A DNA stretch of 64,000 nt, from positions 19,506,805 through 19,570,804 of the forward strand of contig OZ316894.1 in NCBI GenBank assembly GCA_973895155.1, read 5' to 3'. The stretch comes from Marsupella aquatica (lineage: Eukaryota; Plantae; Marchantiophyta). The notes beneath the pieces are model-generated. The model saw nothing but the letters and a program-made list of their open reading frames with translations. It was not told where the DNA came from and made no database searches. Numbering within the stretch: position 1 is the first letter of the stretch; the number at the start of each line of letters is the position of its first letter. This document shows positions 60,508-64,000 of the stretch, piece by piece. The position numbers were made by a program, and so were the translations under genes.

Positions 60508-63500
60508 GGTTCCTTCTCATATAAAGGTGTCAAGTTCCCCGTGTGAGGTTCGCATGCATTGCAGCGATGGCTAAGAGTCAGAATCTAGGCCTCTTCTGCA
60601 AAATAGGATGGAGATTCTCTAGAAGAGATGGCTCTATGCATCCGGGCGTCTGTATATGGAGTACTGCGTCTTTTCATGGGAAATGATTCAGAGGTACTGC
60701 TTGTGCACCCGTACGAGGGTTTGTTGCTTTGGACGCTTAAAACAAGTGTGCTAATGACTATCTTTGTTTCCTCAATGGTGCGACAATTGGGTCAAACGTG
60801 TCGGTGTGATAAAGACCTTTTCCTAATCAACTGAAGTCGATTCATTCGATCTCCCTACGCACGCCCTCTGCAAATTACAATGCAAAGTAGGTTTGCGGCA
60901 GTCTACAACTAGAGCTCTATTAAAGTATGGCACTGCAACATCTAGAAATATAATCCGGAAGAGCAGACTGCATAGCAAGAACCCTTCCGTTTTTGCCAGT
61001 ATGATGATTTGAGTTCAGTCCACTATGGATTACAGACGAGTGTTACAAGCACAAGCTGCTACCTATCACGGAGTACATGTTATTATAGCCAATAAATTTG
61101 TTTCGCTTCTCCTCCTGCGATGTTATGAACTAGTTTTCCTTCATGCTTTTAATCAATCAGATCTAACACTACCAGGTCCAGACACCGCTCATAAATACAG
61201 TACTCGAGTTACTTCTGCTTCTGCCGGATCCAGATACGGACCTCAAGATCGAGTTGGACTTGTTTACATGTCCTCGGGTTGCCGTAGGAGTATATGGTGG
61301 GTAGATGTTTTTTGTCACAATCTCGGATTTCTCTTAACGCTGTAGAGATTAACCACCCTTCATAACAACTTATCTTTCGTACAAAATCTTTCGTGCTGAA
61401 AGTTTCAGTTTCATTCAAAATTATATACCGCAGGTTCCAGTTGTTCTGAGTTAAGCTCACCAAACAAGTCCTTCGAGTTTCCGATGGATGTACATGTGGA
61501 GCTTTGTATCTCGAGTTTCTTATCCAACTCCTGAAGAGCACTGCAAAGTTTCACTTTCAACCCCCGCTAATAGTACTCTGTAAATTTCTAGTTCGTCAAA
61601 ACCCTGCCAATTGAATTTCTGTCAATTTAATACCTGCTACCTCTAATTCCTGCAACCTGAAATTCCTCAGGAAGTTTACGTTCTGTTCGGAAGTTAGATA
61701 ACTATTAGGAATGATTTTACTCTTTGGTCATTCGACGAAAGAGGTGAACTCTGGTTCCTGGATGCACGACAGCACCCACTGTAGCCGCAGACAGATAGAA
61801 CAGAATTGATGCGAGAACAAATCTATTTGGCACGCTAACTGGGAAAATCACCAAAAATTGATGCCGGTTGTTCGGCTGACGCATGAGTTAAAACCCAAGA
61901 AAAATTCGAAGACTACTTCACGGGTCAAAATTTGCACAGTGACTGATAGAAACAGGACCGCAATCATGGATTGAAAAAGTTCATGCTGTATAAAAGGAAT
62001 TTCAGCTGCAATCTCGGACACCAGGAACATTGCGCATAGCAAAGACGAGGAACTTGAGGCGGTGATCCGCCTCCCCCTCTCCTCGCTCTTTCGCTTGCAA
62101 GTCCTATTCTTCCTCGCGGATCATGGTATCGTTTGGATTTCTTGATGGCCTTGTGGTTCTCTACTGTACTTCGCCACTCGTCTCCGTTCCCACTCTGGCG
62201 CCTAAGTTTGGGCCGAAAGAATTCTCATCTTTATCCAGGTGACAAAGGGAGTGCTGTGTCAACCCCTATGAAAAGATCGACTATTATTACCCCCATTGCT
62301 TTGAATATCCATTGCCGAGGTGTCACCCAACCTCAAGCTGGTGGCACTTAAGTCGCTTGTCTTGACAATTCTTTAGTTTGTATACTTTGAAAGTCATTGA
62401 ATCACCTGGTCGGATACCTGCGTTCATGCGTTGCACTTCTTTCTGCGACCATGGCTGGACTGTCATCCTACCTCCTATGTTCGAAACGGGAGTCGGCTTT
62501 GCTTTTCTAACAACACAAAATGAGCCGGCGGCGAAGTTGAGAAAACGTGGTGAAATTTTGAATGTCGATTTAACAAGTTTGTGGCCTTTTGAGATCTTTT
62601 CTTCACTCCATCATTTCTGGTTCTTTGTAGCCGTTGTCGTTTCTTGTAGCCGTAACTAAAATGAATCAAGGTTAGGAGCGAACTCACGTCGCACATACCT
62701 TTTCTATACTAGTACTTCTTGTTCACTTGGCTACCAGTAAGTATATCATGATCATCTTCAGTTACTTGAATCCAGTTTCCCTTGGCAGGGCATTTCAATG
62801 TTGACTGTTTTCTCTCACAACTGATAGAGCTTTCTGTAAAATGCCGTCCAAATCCCTGCAAAACGAATCTGGGTCTTCTCTACCAAAAATTGCTACAGCA
62901 AAAGTATCCAGAGACGCCCCAAACATATTCTATATTGTGCAGACTTACAACAAATACAAACGGATCCTTGGGCGACAATCATTGCGACAATTGTGAATGT
63001 TGAACTGTAGTAATGCGAGACCACGCTAATTAGAATCGCGGTACAACAACAAATCAGAATACTTCAGCTCAGGGCTCAGTCATTATATAAGGGGTAGTGA
63101 ATGACATTTTACTAGGCGTCTAGAATAAACGACAGTCGTGTCACAATGGTCAAACGAGCATAATTATACGTTTTACTAGAATGATGTCGATCGTACAGTA
63201 CTCTTCAAATCACTTACCTCTGTGCCCTCTGTACAGTCCTTTCCAAATCACTCTCTCTCTGCCCACGTCTCCACTCCATGCAAACCATTCGAGTTCCAGA
63301 AGGCAAGCACCGGAACCAATTGGGAATGGACAAACGTCGAAGGCCACCAAACTTTTCTCTCGTCCCTAGAATCTTTCCACTCGCGAAGAGCAGGAGAATG
63401 ATGAAGAAATAACCGTACCGTACAAGCGGTGCAAGGAATAGTTGCCTTGCAGGGCAGATCTGTGACTGGCCTCGACTGGAATTCTGCTGAATGTAGGGTC

Positions 63501-64000
63501 ACTGGGTCCACAGGATAACCCGTAATTGAAGTCCCCACACGAATTCCAAAGCACGAAACATGCTCCACATTCTATCTCCTTTCTATAACCGGACAATCTG
63601 CAGCTCTCGCTCGTTCGCAGTCATGGCTTGAAGCAAGAAGAGAGACCGTAGTATGACTCCCACTCTCGCTCCCACTATTGATCGTTCTCCATTACTTCCG
63701 AATCTTGTCCTTCTAGCTCTGCTAAATTGGGTCATTCCTTTAGCAAAGGAAACCCTCGTTTACCGGACTCCACTGCTGATCCCTCTCAATTGCTTTCGAA
63801 TCCTGCCCTTCTAGCTCTGTTAGTTTGGGTCATTCCTTAACAATTACGGAAGCCCACCTTTACCGTGGTTCTTGTTGCTACCGTTCAAGAGAACCAAAAA
63901 AAAAACATGCCCTTCTGTTCTTCTTCATGTATTCATACTCTCACTGGTTGGCGATGTCCTTCAACTCTTTCCCTTCACAGAGAATCTTCGAAACTGGGCA

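Noticed and set aside
60600-64000. Short ORFs in the final 3.4 kb
   Set aside because: No protein motifs recognised. Likely intergenic or the 5' region of a gene beyond the window.

Overview
Gene-rich nuclear DNA from a land plant. The DYW-PPR motif style, short GT-AG introns and TTTAGGG telomere unit suggest a bryophyte (moss or leafy liverwort); this is inference, not a database result. The first ~7 kb is a nest of LTR retrotransposons: a decayed Bianca-type Ty1/copia element interrupted in gag by an opposite-strand LTR element, which in turn appears interrupted by a third, plus a related solo LTR with a target-site duplication (TSD). Seven intact-looking genes follow: an intronless WAT1/UMAMIT transporter, a PLS-E-DYW PPR RNA-editing factor, YIF1, plastid chaperonin 60 alpha, a YnbB/methionine-gamma-lyase-family PLP enzyme (minus strand) and a tandem pair of zeta-class GSTs. 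Between them lie F-box remnants, MITE/TIR elements, a truncated LINE with a 16-bp TSD and many tandem repeats. I found no tRNA, rRNA or CRISPR and cannot claim a wholly new biological system. The best leads are: (1) a telomere-repeat insertion that exactly explains a pol frameshift; (2) a recent 303-bp PPR triplet duplication whose RNA-recognition residues were rewritten; (3) one GSTZ copy with an SPCC active-site motif instead of SSCS; (4) an intronless UMAMIT. Exon coordinates were read by eye and checked for reading-frame continuity.
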